A stretch of 64,000 nucleotides of DNA, taken from Myxococcota bacterium (GTDB lineage Bacteria; Myxococcota_A; UBA9160; SZUA-336). The notes under the pieces were generated by a model. It made no database searches and was not told the DNA's origin. It saw only the letters and a program-made list of their open reading frames with translations. Shown here piece after piece: positions 29,745 to 41,638 of the stretch. A program made the translations under genes and the position numbers. The stretch spans positions 2,144,001 to 2,208,000 of the forward strand of contig CBDFGR010000003.1 of the NCBI GenBank assembly GCA_965247115.1. Reading direction: 5' to 3'. Within the stretch, counting starts at the first letter, position 1, and each line of letters begins with the position of its first letter.

Positions 29745-30500
29745 TTAGGCGATGTCTTTGAGGCGTTCGCGGGCGGTGAAGATGGCGAGGCGCTTTGACG
29801 CGATCGTGTGTAGGGAGATGAGGCACTCGACGCGAACGAAGTCTCCGTTCGGGCGTTTGAGGACGATCTCGATCGGTCCGGAGTCCTCGCCCGCGTCCAG
29901 CCGCGCCTCCAGGTCGGAGTAGAACTGGCGGTCCTGGGCGGCGATCAGCTTCTCGAAGCTCTGATCGAGCAGCTTGGCGACATCCGCGCCGAGCAGCGCC
30001 TCCGCGGCGGGGTTCACGTCAAAGATCTTGCCGGTGTCGAGATTCAGCGCCACGTACGCATCGCTGATGCGATCGATTGCGGCGCGTATGCGCTTACCCG
30101 CGTTCGGCCTGCGGCGTCTGCCCTTGCGCTGCTTGCGGCTCTCTACCGGAAGCATGAGCCGCCGGATAGCGGCGCGGAACTGCTGTTCCATCCTGCGCAA
30201 CGCGCCGGCCACCTCAGGCTCCGGTCCACACTCGATCGCGATCTCGACCGCTACGGAGAGGGCACGCTCGAGCGCAGCAGGTTCGTTGCCTCCAAGGCCA
30301 TCGAGTGAGGGACGGGCGGCATTCGAGTCGAGACTTGCCAGACGGCAGTAGGTGCGGAAGCGCCGGATGATCTCTGCGCGCGCGGCCGGTGTGGGCTGCG
30401 CTCCGCCCATGCGGCGGTCGACCTCCGCCTCGATGGCACTCCGATAGCGCTCCATGTGGAGCACCGCTCCTCTGAGCGCCACGCTCTCACCCCCACCCAT
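29745..30500 (-). CDS. PAS-domain protein without output domain
   Basis: C-terminal IFDVNPAAEALLG..LKRPNG..TARE PAS signature. Confidence 0.75.
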   Translation of the reverse strand: MGGGESVALRGAVLHMERYRSAIEAEVDRRMGGAQPTPAARAEIIRRFRTYCRLASLDSNAARPSLDGLGGNEPAALERALSVAVEIAIECGPEPEVAGALRRMEQQFRAAIRRLMLPVESRKQRKGRRRRPNAGKRIRAAIDRISDAYVALNLDTGKIFDVNPAAEALLGADVAKLLDQSFEKLIAAQDRQFYSDLEARLDAGEDSGPIEIVLKRPNGDFVRVECLISLHTIASKRLAIFTARERLKDIA

Positions 30501-30537
30501 CGCATAGTTAGATAACGCTCAATCCGCAGCTGGACCA

Positions 30538-30975
30538 GTGAGCATCGCGACTGTAGCCTCGAGGAGCGTGATCTGGCTCGCGTACCTGCATCCCGTGGCG
30601 ATGATCGCGATTCTCGCCGTCGGGATCGTGGTACTGCGTGAGGGCTTGCGTATCCGCAGAGGCAGGCTCACGGGGCGCCCCGTAGAGAGCAGACGCCATC
30701 TCTGGCTCGCGAAGCGCTTCGTCCCACTCGCCGCGCTTGGGTTCTGTGCGGGACTCGCCTCGATGGCGTGGCTACGAGACGAGGACCTGTTCGAGTCCGT
30801 TCACTCGTTTCTGGCCCTCGGAGCGCTCGTCGGGTTGGTGTCGGGCGGTCTGCTCGGGCTGCGCCTCGAGAGGAGAGGCGGCTCCAGGCTCCGTGTTCTT
30901 CACTCGATCTGCGCGGGGCTGGGCCTCTTGATCGGGCTGGCTGCGGCGATCGCAGGCATCGCGATCCTGCCCTGA
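30538..30975 (+). CDS. Four-TM membrane protein (DUF4079 / cytochrome b561-like)
   Basis: Four hydrophobic helices carrying His residues (LHP, RRHL, SVHS, VLHS). Confidence 0.7.
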   Translation: MSIATVASRSVIWLAYLHPVAMIAILAVGIVVLREGLRIRRGRLTGRPVESRRHLWLAKRFVPLAALGFCAGLASMAWLRDEDLFESVHSFLALGALVGLVSGGLLGLRLERRGGSRLRVLHSICAGLGLLIGLAAAIAGIAILP

Positions 30976-30984
30976 GCGCGCCGC

Positions 30985-31941
30985 TCAGTTGGACTCGGTG
31001 CGCGCGAGCACGCGCCCGAAGACGCGTTGGAAGCCCGGATGGGCGAGTAGGGATAGCGTGTCGTGAGTGCGGAGGGCGTTCTGGATCTCGGGGTCCTGGG
31101 CAAGCTCACGCAGCTCCGGATCGTTCCTGAGGTCGCGCAGCGCTGGGCTTGCTCGTTTCAGCAAGTCCTTCGTCGCGTTGCGGAAAAGCCTGGGGTCGTG
31201 TCGGGAGGGCTCGCTCACGACTCCCAGATCGACGAGCTGGCCGCGCAGCGTCGCGTCGTGCGTGATGCCGAGGAAGCTGCTGCGGTTCAATGCCTGGTCG
31301 AGCGCACCCGTCGAGACGTATTGCCAGAAGAGCAGATCGCTCTGGAGCATGCTGATCCTCGGATTGTCGAGCAGGCTCTGCATTGCGACCACGGTTTCGG
31401 CCGGGTTGGAAAGCAGGTTGGCACCGATGCGGCCCGTAGGCGCATCTCCCAGCGCGGCTCTGGCTCCCGAGGCGATCACGTTCTGGCTGGCCGATTGGAC
31501 GATCGAGGGGCCGCTCAGCAAATCAAACTCGAAGCTCTCGGTCGCCCGACCCGCCTCCAGCCACAGCCCGAGCCAGCCCAGCAGCAGCGCGACCAGGACA
31601 CCTTGCGCGGCGCCGACCGTGCCGCCACCGATCCTGTCGAGGGTGCTGCGCGGATAGTCAAAGTGGTGCTGGCGGTCCCGGCGCAGGAATTTCGCGGCGA
31701 CGACACTCAGGATCACGAAGGTGCCGACGAAGGCGACGCCCCCGGCCACGGCGGCGGCCAGCAGACTGAACAGCCCGGTTGCCGCGGCGACCGGACCTGC
31801 GAGCTGGGTGCCCGCGAAGTATGCGGCCACGTAGGCGACGACGAGCACCGCGATGCGGACGCCGCTGGCCAGGGTCCCCCGCAGGGCACCGAGGGTCACG
31901 AAGCCGATGAAAAGCGCAGCCGCCAGCAGATCAATCGCCAT
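30985..31941 (-). CDS. CvpA (colicin V production) family membrane protein with C-terminal extension
   Basis: IDLL..GALRG N-terminus, LDRIGGGTVGAAQG motif. Confidence 0.78.
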   Translation of the reverse strand: MAIDLLAAALFIGFVTLGALRGTLASGVRIAVLVVAYVAAYFAGTQLAGPVAAATGLFSLLAAAVAGGVAFVGTFVILSVVAAKFLRRDRQHHFDYPRSTLDRIGGGTVGAAQGVLVALLLGWLGLWLEAGRATESFEFDLLSGPSIVQSASQNVIASGARAALGDAPTGRIGANLLSNPAETVVAMQSLLDNPRISMLQSDLLFWQYVSTGALDQALNRSSFLGITHDATLRGQLVDLGVVSEPSRHDPRLFRNATKDLLKRASPALRDLRNDPELRELAQDPEIQNALRTHDTLSLLAHPGFQRVFGRVLARTESN

Positions 31942-31980
31942 CGACCTCGCGCATCGGCAATGTGCAGCTTCAGCTGTAGG

Positions 31981-33060
31981 TCAAGACTTTATGGCGCGCT
32001 GGCGCAGCAGGTGATCGCACAGAACGAGACACACCATGGCCTCGACCATGGGCACCGCGCGAGGGAGTACGCACGGATCGTGGCGGCCCTGGGCCTCCAG
32101 GACGACAGACTCCAGGTCCCGGTTCACGGTCTCCTGCTGCTTTCGGATGGTGGCAGTGGGCTTGAATGCGGCGCGTACGACGATCGGCTCGCCGTTCGAG
32201 ATCCCGCCCTGCACGCCGCCCGAGCGGTTGGAACGAGTGCGCACCTGACCCGCTTCGGCGTAGAACGGGTCGTTGTGTTCGCTCCCTTTCAACAGCGTGC
32301 CCGCAAAGCCAGATCCGATCTCGAAACCCTTGCAAGCAGGAAGCGAGAGCAGCGCCCGTGCGAGCTCAGCCTCGAGCTTGTCGAACACCGGCTCACCCAG
32401 ACCGGGTGGGACAAGGTGCGCCACGCAGGTCACGACGCCACCGAGGGAGTCCCCCTCGTTGCGCGCGAGATCGATGCGATCGATGATGGTCTGGGCCGCT
32501 TCGGGATCCGGGCAGCGCGTTGGACCGGCCTCCACCTGCGCGCGTGTCACCCGAAGCGGATCGGACTTGCACTCGATGGTGTGCACGCGACTCACGAACC
32601 CGGTGATCTCTCCGAGGCCCGCGAGCGCCAGCACCTTGCGCGCGATCGCTCCCGCGGCAACACGCCCGATGGTCTCGCGCGCACTTGCGCGCCCCCCTCC
32701 CTGCCAGTTGCGGACCCCGTACTTCGCCTCGTAGGTGTAGTCCGCGTGCGAGGGTCGATAAACGTCGCGCAGCTCCTCGTACGCTTCGGGCCGCGCGTCC
32801 CTGTTGTCGACGGCGATCAGAATGGGCGTTCCGAGAGTCTCTCCCTCGAACACCCCAGACAGAATCCGCGCCCGGTCCTCCTCCTGCCGCGGTGAAGTCA
32901 GCCGACTCTGCCCAGGCCGCCTCCGATCCAGCTCAACCTGAATCTCCTCGACCCCGAGCGAAATCCCCGGCGGACACCCATCGACCACCACCCCGACCCC
33001 GCCCCCGTGCGACTCCCCCCAGGTATGCACCCGAAACAACCGCCCAAAAGAAGACCCCAT
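31981..33060 (-). CDS. aroC: Chorismate synthase
   Basis: [47 protein letters not shown]. Confidence 0.97.
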   Translation of the reverse strand: MGSSFGRLFRVHTWGESHGGGVGVVVDGCPPGISLGVEEIQVELDRRRPGQSRLTSPRQEEDRARILSGVFEGETLGTPILIAVDNRDARPEAYEELRDVYRPSHADYTYEAKYGVRNWQGGGRASARETIGRVAAGAIARKVLALAGLGEITGFVSRVHTIECKSDPLRVTRAQVEAGPTRCPDPEAAQTIIDRIDLARNEGDSLGGVVTCVAHLVPPGLGEPVFDKLEAELARALLSLPACKGFEIGSGFAGTLLKGSEHNDPFYAEAGQVRTRSNRSGGVQGGISNGEPIVVRAAFKPTATIRKQQETVNRDLESVVLEAQGRHDPCVLPRAVPMVEAMVCLVLCDHLLRQRAIKS

Positions 33061-33075
33061 CCCCAAATTCTAGCG

Positions 33076-34049
33076 CCGAACTTAGGGACGGTCCTTAATC
33101 CGAACTTTTCGGATCACGACCACTCCGAGCACCAGCGCCTCGTCGCACATGGCGGCTGACGGCCGAATCTGAGACGCCGAGCGCCTCGGCGATGAAGATC
33201 TTGGACAGCCCCAGTTCGACTGCTGCGCGATAGGCGATCTCTGTGCGGGCTCTTGAAGTCGCGCGATCTCTGCGACCCTGGATCAGGCCCACCGGATCGA
33301 TGCCATGAGTACGGCAGACCTCGTGGATTAGATGTTGGACTCGACTCGGCGGAGTCTCTCCGCTGGAGTCTGACGCCGGGTCGACGCCCGCCTGCATGAA
33401 GCGATTCAGCACGCTCCGCGCTCTGGTCAGGTCGCTGGCGAAGAGAGCGAGCGCCTTGGTCGAATGATGGAACTGTTGCGGGCGAATCGCCCATGAGTGC
33501 CGCGTGTCCGGACCAAGGATAGCGTCTGAGAGACGCCAAGGAGTCTACGATCCCGGCGGTCACCGGATTCAGATGGACGTAGCGGATCAGATTCAGGAGG
33601 TCGTTATCATCACGGACGAGTCGCGACTTGAACCTGTTCTGGACTAGATGCCCCACACGCCCGTGGCGCTGGTTGAAATACATCGCGTAGCCAGTGCCAA
33701 CTCGGGCCATCACGCGGCCGACTGGGACCTCCCCTGTCCGAACGACGAGATGGTAGTGATTCGACATCAACACCCAGGCGTAGCACGAGCAACCAGACTC
33801 GGGGAGGACATCCGAGAGACGTCTCAGGAGGTCTCGGGCGTCCCGATCGTCTTTGAAGATGTCGCGGCGATCGACTCCGCGAACCATCACATGATGAACG
33901 GCGCCAGGAGCATCCAGACGAGGGCCACGCGGCAAGAGATGACCTCAAGCTTCGGGACCCTGTTGAGGGAGTCGATAACATGCTTTCGGCAAACTCTCCA
34001 GTTGTCGGCGATCGAAAAAGTTCGGATTAAGGACCGTCCCCAAGTTCGG
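33076..34049. mobile_element. RAYT-type (HUH/Y1) transposase element bounded by 34-bp inverted repeats (33076-33109, 34016-34049)
   Basis: CCGAACTTAGGGACGGTCCTTAATCCGAACTTTT matches the reverse complement of the right end at 33/34 positions; extra partial copy at ~34049-34065. Confidence 0.88.
33095..33935 (-). pseudogene. REP-associated tyrosine transposase with C-terminal DnaA-domain-IV-like HTH; +1 frameshift near 33488
   Basis: HHVMVRG, MSNHYHL (HUH), RYVHLNPV, YPWSG; protein continues in another frame as IRPQQFHHSTKALALF...LGLSKIFIAEALGVSDSAVSR. Confidence 0.82.
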
Positions 34050-35109
34050 GACCGTCCCCCAGTTCTAGGTGGAGGACCTTTTTGGTGAGGGTGGAGAGGG
34101 GGAGGGTGTTTGCGGTTTTGCTTGTGCACCAGCGGGCTTCTTTCGCAAGGCCGGGGCGGAGGCGGCTTGGGAGGAGGCAGAGGGTGAAGAGGTTCAGGGT
34201 GAAGGCGCGGTGGGAAAGGGCGTGATGGATCGTGCCCACCGGTTCACCCGGTTGCGTCTTCAGGCCTGTGCGGTCTTGTAGGCCCTCGATGAGGGCGTTC
34301 ACACTTGTGCCTTCCGCGGTCGGGACTTCCCAGAGACCGCCCAGGATGCCTTTGCTGGGGCGGCGGAGCATGAGGAGTTTGTTCGCCCGTTTGACGATGC
34401 CGCAGGTGAGCGTGACCTCGCGCGGGGGGCTCTTCTCTTTTCGTGCTGGGTAGCGATTCGGGTCTCCGGAAGAGGCGGCGCGGCAGGACCGTCGCAAGGG
34501 GCAGGCCAGGCAGTTGGGGTTGCGCGGTTTGCAGACGGTGGCGCCGAGCTCCATGAGCGCCTGGTTGAAGCGTCCGGGTGTCTGGTCCGGGACGAGCTCC
34601 TCGGCTTTGGTCCAGGTGTCTGCGTCGGAGAGTGCGGGCTCCGCAACCAGGCGTGCGATCACTCGTCTGACGTTTGCGTCGACAATGGCGGCAGGCTCGT
34701 CGAACGCAATGCTGCGGATGGCTCCGCTCGTGTAGCGGCCGATGCCGGGCAGGTTGCGCAGTGCAGCGGCATCGCGCGGCACGGCGCCGTCGTGCTCCCG
34801 CAGCATCAGTTCTGCGGCGCGCTTCAGGTGACGCGCTCGTGCGTAGTACCCGAGGCCGGCCCACTCACGCAGGACGTCTTGCTCGTCCGCGACCGCGAGC
34901 GAGCGCAGCGTGGGGAAGCGCTCGATGAAGCGGTCGTAGTAGGGAATCACGGTCTCGACCCGGGTTTGCTGCAGCATCGACTCCGAGAGCCAGATGCGGT
35001 ACGGGTCTTTGGTCCTGCGCCAGGGCAAGTCCCGCTCGGCGCCGCGATACCAGTCGAGCAGGTGTCGCCGGATGGTGTCGCGTCTGTCGCGGGTGAAGCG
35101 GGGGATCAC
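34027..35109 (-). CDS. mutY: A/G-specific adenine glycosylase
   Basis: RDLPWR, SESMLQQTRV, GLGYYARAR, LPGIGRYT, VDANVRRV, CKPRNPNCLACPLRRSC Fe-S loop. Confidence 0.95.
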   Translation of the reverse strand: MIPRFTRDRRDTIRRHLLDWYRGAERDLPWRRTKDPYRIWLSESMLQQTRVETVIPYYDRFIERFPTLRSLAVADEQDVLREWAGLGYYARARHLKRAAELMLREHDGAVPRDAAALRNLPGIGRYTSGAIRSIAFDEPAAIVDANVRRVIARLVAEPALSDADTWTKAEELVPDQTPGRFNQALMELGATVCKPRNPNCLACPLRRSCRAASSGDPNRYPARKEKSPPREVTLTCGIVKRANKLLMLRRPSKGILGGLWEVPTAEGTSVNALIEGLQDRTGLKTQPGEPVGTIHHALSHRAFTLNLFTLCLLPSRLRPGLAKEARWCTSKTANTLPLSTLTKKVLHLELGDGPELGDGP

Positions 35110-36434
35110 GGGGTCTGGGCGATCGGGACCTCGAACTTGACCTCGATGTGCTCCTGGATCCACTTCTCGTCAAACCACTCGAGTGGATCTACGAATACTC
35201 CGCTCACCAGCATGGCGTAGTGCAGGTGATCGCCACCGGCGAGCCCCGTCGTGCCTGTGTGCCCGAGCTCGTCGCCGCGAGAGACTAAGGCGCCGTGCTC
35301 GACACTGAAGTCGGAGAGGTGGCCGTACATGCTGAACAGCCCGAGCCCGTGGTCGAGAATGACGCAGTTTCCGTAGATGCCCAGGTTGTCCGCGTAAACC
35401 ACCACCCCGTCGTTGGCCGCCGGGATCGGCGCTCGCGCGGTGGAGGCCAGGTCGTAGCCAAGATGCACCTGGCGGTCGACGGCCTCGTCCAGGTAGCGAT
35501 AGGTTCGGCGTGCGGCGAAGCTCGTTCCCACGCTCGAGTTGGGCAGCTGAAGGAACGCGCCCTGCCAGAGTCGATCCTGGCTCGAGTCCGAGCAGATTTC
35601 GCTGATGCTCGCCGCGTTCTCTGCGCGCACGTCGCGGTTGAGGGTCAGGTAGCCTGCGAGCACGTCCTGGGCCTGGCCCCCGGAGATCTCGGCGATCTTG
35701 GCGCTCATGAACTGCTCATTGAGACCGATCGAGTCCTCGGGAAAGCTGCGTTCGATCACTTCGATACGGACCGCCACGGAGGACTCGTTTCCAGCCCGAT
35801 CGGCAGCCATGAGGGAGGGAACCGCGTCGGGCGGCGTATCCGGAGGCAGCGCGTAGAACGCGACCCTCTTGGTCGGCTCGGAGGGATGCGGGAAGCCCGG
35901 GAAGAAGAGCTCGCCGAGCAGCACGCCGTCCGTCGCGGGCTCCTCGTCGACCTCGTACACGACCAGCTCGGTCCCGCCGCGGCGCACGTACGTGAGTCCG
36001 GTCTCGAGTCGAATTCGGGGGGTGCGGGTGTCGATCACCAGGGGTACGGACTCCCTTGCGATGTTTCCGGCCCACGAGTAGTCCATCGCCTCGATGTGGA
36101 GAACGGCCTGCCCGTCTGCCAACCCCATTGCGAGGGGATCGACGACGGCCTCAAGACGCTGGGGGCCGCTGCGATCGCCTCCGGTGAAGAGATTCCCCGG
36201 ATACGTGACATCCTCGAGCTCGTGCTCCACGCCGTCCTTCTCGAGCCAGATCCGGACGTGCTGCACGCCCGTACCCTCGTCCGAGATCCCGACCTCGTGG
36301 GGGTAGGTCTCCCCGATCCACTCGACTGCTGTTCTCGTCCTGATCTCGGGGGCGCTTCTCTCGAAGCGAGTGAACAGGTAGCCGGTCAGCCCACCGGCAA
36401 GTCCAATGAGTAGAATCCAAACAGCGATGCGCAT
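35106..36434 (-). CDS. M23 family metallopeptidase
   Basis: HLGYD, YGNCVILDHG, YGHLS, GLAGGDHLHY. Confidence 0.9.
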   Translation of the reverse strand: MRIAVWILLIGLAGGLTGYLFTRFERSAPEIRTRTAVEWIGETYPHEVGISDEGTGVQHVRIWLEKDGVEHELEDVTYPGNLFTGGDRSGPQRLEAVVDPLAMGLADGQAVLHIEAMDYSWAGNIARESVPLVIDTRTPRIRLETGLTYVRRGGTELVVYEVDEEPATDGVLLGELFFPGFPHPSEPTKRVAFYALPPDTPPDAVPSLMAADRAGNESSVAVRIEVIERSFPEDSIGLNEQFMSAKIAEISGGQAQDVLAGYLTLNRDVRAENAASISEICSDSSQDRLWQGAFLQLPNSSVGTSFAARRTYRYLDEAVDRQVHLGYDLASTARAPIPAANDGVVVYADNLGIYGNCVILDHGLGLFSMYGHLSDFSVEHGALVSRGDELGHTGTTGLAGGDHLHYAMLVSGVFVDPLEWFDEKWIQEHIEVKFEVPIAQTP

Positions 36435-36473
36435 CGCGGGCTCACCCCCCTTGCGATGTCGTGAGAGAGCGGA

Positions 36474-38438
<1,965 letters not shown>

Positions 38439-38446
38439 GTCGTCTC

Positions 38447-39763
38447 CTAGTCGCGCATCCAGCTCTCGACCTCGTCGACGATCTTCGGGATCGCCGCGGT
38501 GAGGTTCTCGAAGCCGTCTTCCGTGATGACAAGGTCGTCCTCGATGCGAACCCCGATGCCGCGCAGGTGATCGGGAGACTTCTCCTCCGTCGTGCTGAAG
38601 TAAAGGCCGGGCTCGACCGTGAAGCACATGCCAGGTTCCAGCGGTCGGGGCTTTCCGTCGAGGTAGTAGTTGCCCACGTCGTGCACGTCGAGTCCCAAAA
38701 AGTGGCCGGTCCGATGCATGTAGAAGGGCTTGTAGGCCTCGGTCTTGATCAGCTCGTCCTTGTCGCCGCTGAGCGCGCGGAGCTCCACCAGGCACTCGAC
38801 CAGCTTGTCCAGTGCGGCATCGTGAATGCTCTGCAGCGTGGCGCCCGGCCGCGTCGCTGCGAAGGCGGCTTCCTGGGCCTCGAGCACGGCCTGGTAGACG
38901 TCGCGGGTGGCGCCTTCGAAGCGGCCTCCGACTGGGTAGGTGCGTGTGACGTCCGAAGCGTAGGAGTCCAGCTCCACGCCTGCGTCGATCAGGACCAGGC
39001 TGCCCTCGACGAGGGTGTCGCTGTTCTCGATGTAGTGCAGGATCGTCGCGTTGTCGCCCGACCCCACGATGCTGGAGTAGGCCGGGCCGTTGCCGCCCCG
39101 CTTGCGAAAGATCCACTCGAGCTCCGCCTGGATCTCGTACTCCGTGCGGCCCGGCTGGCACAGCCTGGCCGCGGCGTGGTGCGCCTCACACGAGATGACT
39201 GCGGCGGCGCGCATGATGTCGAGCTCGGCTTCCGACTTGCGCATGCGCATCTCGTGAACGAGCGCCTGGGGCGAAACGACCTCGTTGGGAAGCGTAACGC
39301 CCCTGCGTACCCTTCCGCGCACGTCATCCTGGGCTGCGAGCACCACTTCGTCGATCGCAGGGTCGAGCCCGAAGCTGTGATACAGGCGCGGTCGATTCTC
39401 GATCAGGTCGGGCAGCCTCGTGCGGAGCTGGTCGATCGGATACGCCTCGTCGGCTCCGAACTGCTCGATGGCTCCCGCCGTTCCGGGGCGCCGCCCGTTC
39501 CACGTCTCCATGAGCGGGTCTCTCGGCTGTACGAAGAACAGAAAGCGATCCCGGGTGAGGACAGCGACGGCCTCGGGCTGGTCGAACCCGGTCAGGTAGT
39601 GCAGGTCGGAGTCCTGGCGAAAGACGTAGTCCGTGTCGTTTGAGCGCTGGCGCAAGCGCGCACCAGGAACGATGGCCACGCCCTCGCCCAGCTCCGCCTG
39701 AAAGCGCTTCCGTCGCTGTGCGTGCTCTGCCTGGGGTATGAACTCGGGCTTGCTCAAGGACAT
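38447..39763 (-). CDS. pepP: Xaa-Pro aminopeptidase
   Basis: [50 protein letters not shown]. Confidence 0.93.
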   Translation of the reverse strand: MSLSKPEFIPQAEHAQRRKRFQAELGEGVAIVPGARLRQRSNDTDYVFRQDSDLHYLTGFDQPEAVAVLTRDRFLFFVQPRDPLMETWNGRRPGTAGAIEQFGADEAYPIDQLRTRLPDLIENRPRLYHSFGLDPAIDEVVLAAQDDVRGRVRRGVTLPNEVVSPQALVHEMRMRKSEAELDIMRAAAVISCEAHHAAARLCQPGRTEYEIQAELEWIFRKRGGNGPAYSSIVGSGDNATILHYIENSDTLVEGSLVLIDAGVELDSYASDVTRTYPVGGRFEGATRDVYQAVLEAQEAAFAATRPGATLQSIHDAALDKLVECLVELRALSGDKDELIKTEAYKPFYMHRTGHFLGLDVHDVGNYYLDGKPRPLEPGMCFTVEPGLYFSTTEEKSPDHLRGIGVRIEDDLVITEDGFENLTAAIPKIVDEVESWMRD

Positions 39764-39780
39764 CCTCGTCTCCAGCGGCG

Positions 39781-41019
39781 TCAGCCCTTCAGCGGGGCGC
39801 CCTTCGAGCTGCGCCGTCCCCGGCTGCGCGTGCGCTTGCCGGGCGGCTCTCCCGTCGAACGGGCCATCTTGTCCGCGCGTTCGGTCGCCGTGACCAGCAG
39901 CGCCTCATCACCGAAGGCATCGACCCACCACTCCTTGAGCATGCTCAGCTTGCGGAGCTCGTCGACACTCGCACAATCCGCACAAGCGATCTCCTCGAGC
40001 GTTGCGTTGGGACAGAACACTCCCGGGTCGAGCTCGAGATCCTTGGATTGCTTCGCGCGCCACTGCTTAAGCTGCTCGAGGCGTCCCTCGCCGCGTCGAT
40101 CGAGGCGCCTGCGGACACCGCGTGCGGGCTTCGGCTCGATGGGCTCGTGCTCCGGGCCCTCCAGACCCCGTGCCACGGCGTCCGTGAGCTCTTGGCCCAT
40201 GCGCCGCATCACGAGCTCCGTCACACCCTTGCGCTTGGTGTAGGAACGTCGGGAGCGCGGCGGATTCTGGGCCAGGTCTATCAGCGTTCCGTTTCCGAGC
40301 AGCCGAAAGGGAGGCCGATCGGCGGCGCGCGCGCGCTGATCGCGCATCAAGAAGAGCTCGCGCAGGATCGCCAGCCCTCGAGCCGAGAGCTTCTTGGCAC
40401 CTTTGATCTTGAGATACCCCTGCTTGTCGAAGCTCCGCTCGGGCCAGACCCGCTTCTCGAGTGCATGGAACTCCTCCATCGCCCAGCTCAAGCGCTTCTT
40501 CGCCTTGAGCTCACGCTCGAGGATCCGCGAGATCTCGATCAGGTACTTCACGTCCGCGCCCGCGTACTCCAGCTGCGCGGGGCGCAGCGGGCGGCGCGAC
40601 CAGTCGGTACGCTGCTGGTCCTTAGAGAGCTTCACGTCGAAGTGTCGTTCAACGAGTGAAGCCAGCCCGACGGATTCGTACCCGAGCAGCTGTGCAGAGA
40701 CCATCGTATCGAACAGGTTCTGGACCCGGATGCCGCTGTGGCGCTGGAGCACGTACAGGTCGTACTCGGCGGCATGAAAGACCGTGCGAACGGCCGGGTC
40801 CGCAAAGATCCTGGCGAGCGGCTTCAAGCCGTTCTGTCCCAGGGCCAGGGGATCAATCAGATAGATGCCGGACCTGGCCGAGATCTGCACCAGGCAGATC
40901 TTCTCGAAGTAGTGGAAAAACGAGTCCGCCTCCGTGTCGACACCGATCACGGGCTCACCACGCAGCTTTCTGGCGAGGTCCTCCACTGCTTTGGTCGTCT
41001 GAAGAAAGGGGTAGGACAT
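39781..41019 (-). CDS. rnd: Ribonuclease D (3'-5' exonuclease plus HRDC domains)
   Basis: GVDTEADS, FHAAEYDL, LFDT, DWSRRPL, YAGADV. Confidence 0.88.
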   Translation of the reverse strand: MSYPFLQTTKAVEDLARKLRGEPVIGVDTEADSFFHYFEKICLVQISARSGIYLIDPLALGQNGLKPLARIFADPAVRTVFHAAEYDLYVLQRHSGIRVQNLFDTMVSAQLLGYESVGLASLVERHFDVKLSKDQQRTDWSRRPLRPAQLEYAGADVKYLIEISRILERELKAKKRLSWAMEEFHALEKRVWPERSFDKQGYLKIKGAKKLSARGLAILRELFLMRDQRARAADRPPFRLLGNGTLIDLAQNPPRSRRSYTKRKGVTELVMRRMGQELTDAVARGLEGPEHEPIEPKPARGVRRRLDRRGEGRLEQLKQWRAKQSKDLELDPGVFCPNATLEEIACADCASVDELRKLSMLKEWWVDAFGDEALLVTATERADKMARSTGEPPGKRTRSRGRRSSKGAPLKG

Positions 41020-41197
41020 GGGTCCCGGGGACTGCTCCTTCCCGATCGGCATGACCTGGACAGCACGGCCTGGGGAGGAGTCCGGCGAGCCAGGCGAAAG
41101 CCGAGTCATTCTAACCGCTTGCCTGGCCAGGGCCAATCCGAGCCGGCCGTTTTCTGAGCGGGTGATTTACCCCGCAATTGGCCGGGTTGCAGTGTAT

Positions 41198-41611
41198 TTA
41201 GGAGTCTCCGGAGCTCTTGAGGACCTGGAGGAGCTGGTCTTCCAGGCGCTCGTGGGCGCTGAAGCTGTTCAGAAAAGCCTCGAGCATCGCTCGAGCCGCA
41301 TCGAGATGCACCCGGCCGATCTGCTCGCCGATGCGCTCGAGATCGTCTCGGATCCCGATGTGGGCCAGGCGCAGGCTGTGGATTGGCTGGGCCTGCTCCG
41401 GGCTGCGTTCCTCGGTCAGCGGGAAGACGACCTCGTCCTCCGTCCGGAGGTGGTCGCGGATCACGCTCTCGAACTCGCGGAAGGCCGTACCGACCTGCTC
41501 CGCCTCCCCGCTGTCGAGCGCCGCGATCAGCTTGCGAATCAGCCCGCTGACCTCGCCGCGCTCGGCCCACCAACCCCTGAGATCCCGAACGTCGCTCGGT
41601 GTCTCTGTCAT
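41198..41611 (-). CDS. Hemerythrin/HHE domain protein
   Basis: HLRTEDEVVFP, LAHIGI, HERLED. Confidence 0.75.
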   Translation of the reverse strand: MTETPSDVRDLRGWWAERGEVSGLIRKLIAALDSGEAEQVGTAFREFESVIRDHLRTEDEVVFPLTEERSPEQAQPIHSLRLAHIGIRDDLERIGEQIGRVHLDAARAMLEAFLNSFSAHERLEDQLLQVLKSSGDS

Positions 41612-41638
41612 CGCGCCGCCAGTCTACTACGCACGCGG

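Noticed and set aside
31063..32895. 610-aa plus-strand ORF and similar long antisense ORFs (116..709, 15819..17267, 27076..28281, 46598..47971)
   Set aside because: Shadow frames of well-supported opposite-strand genes, with no motifs of their own
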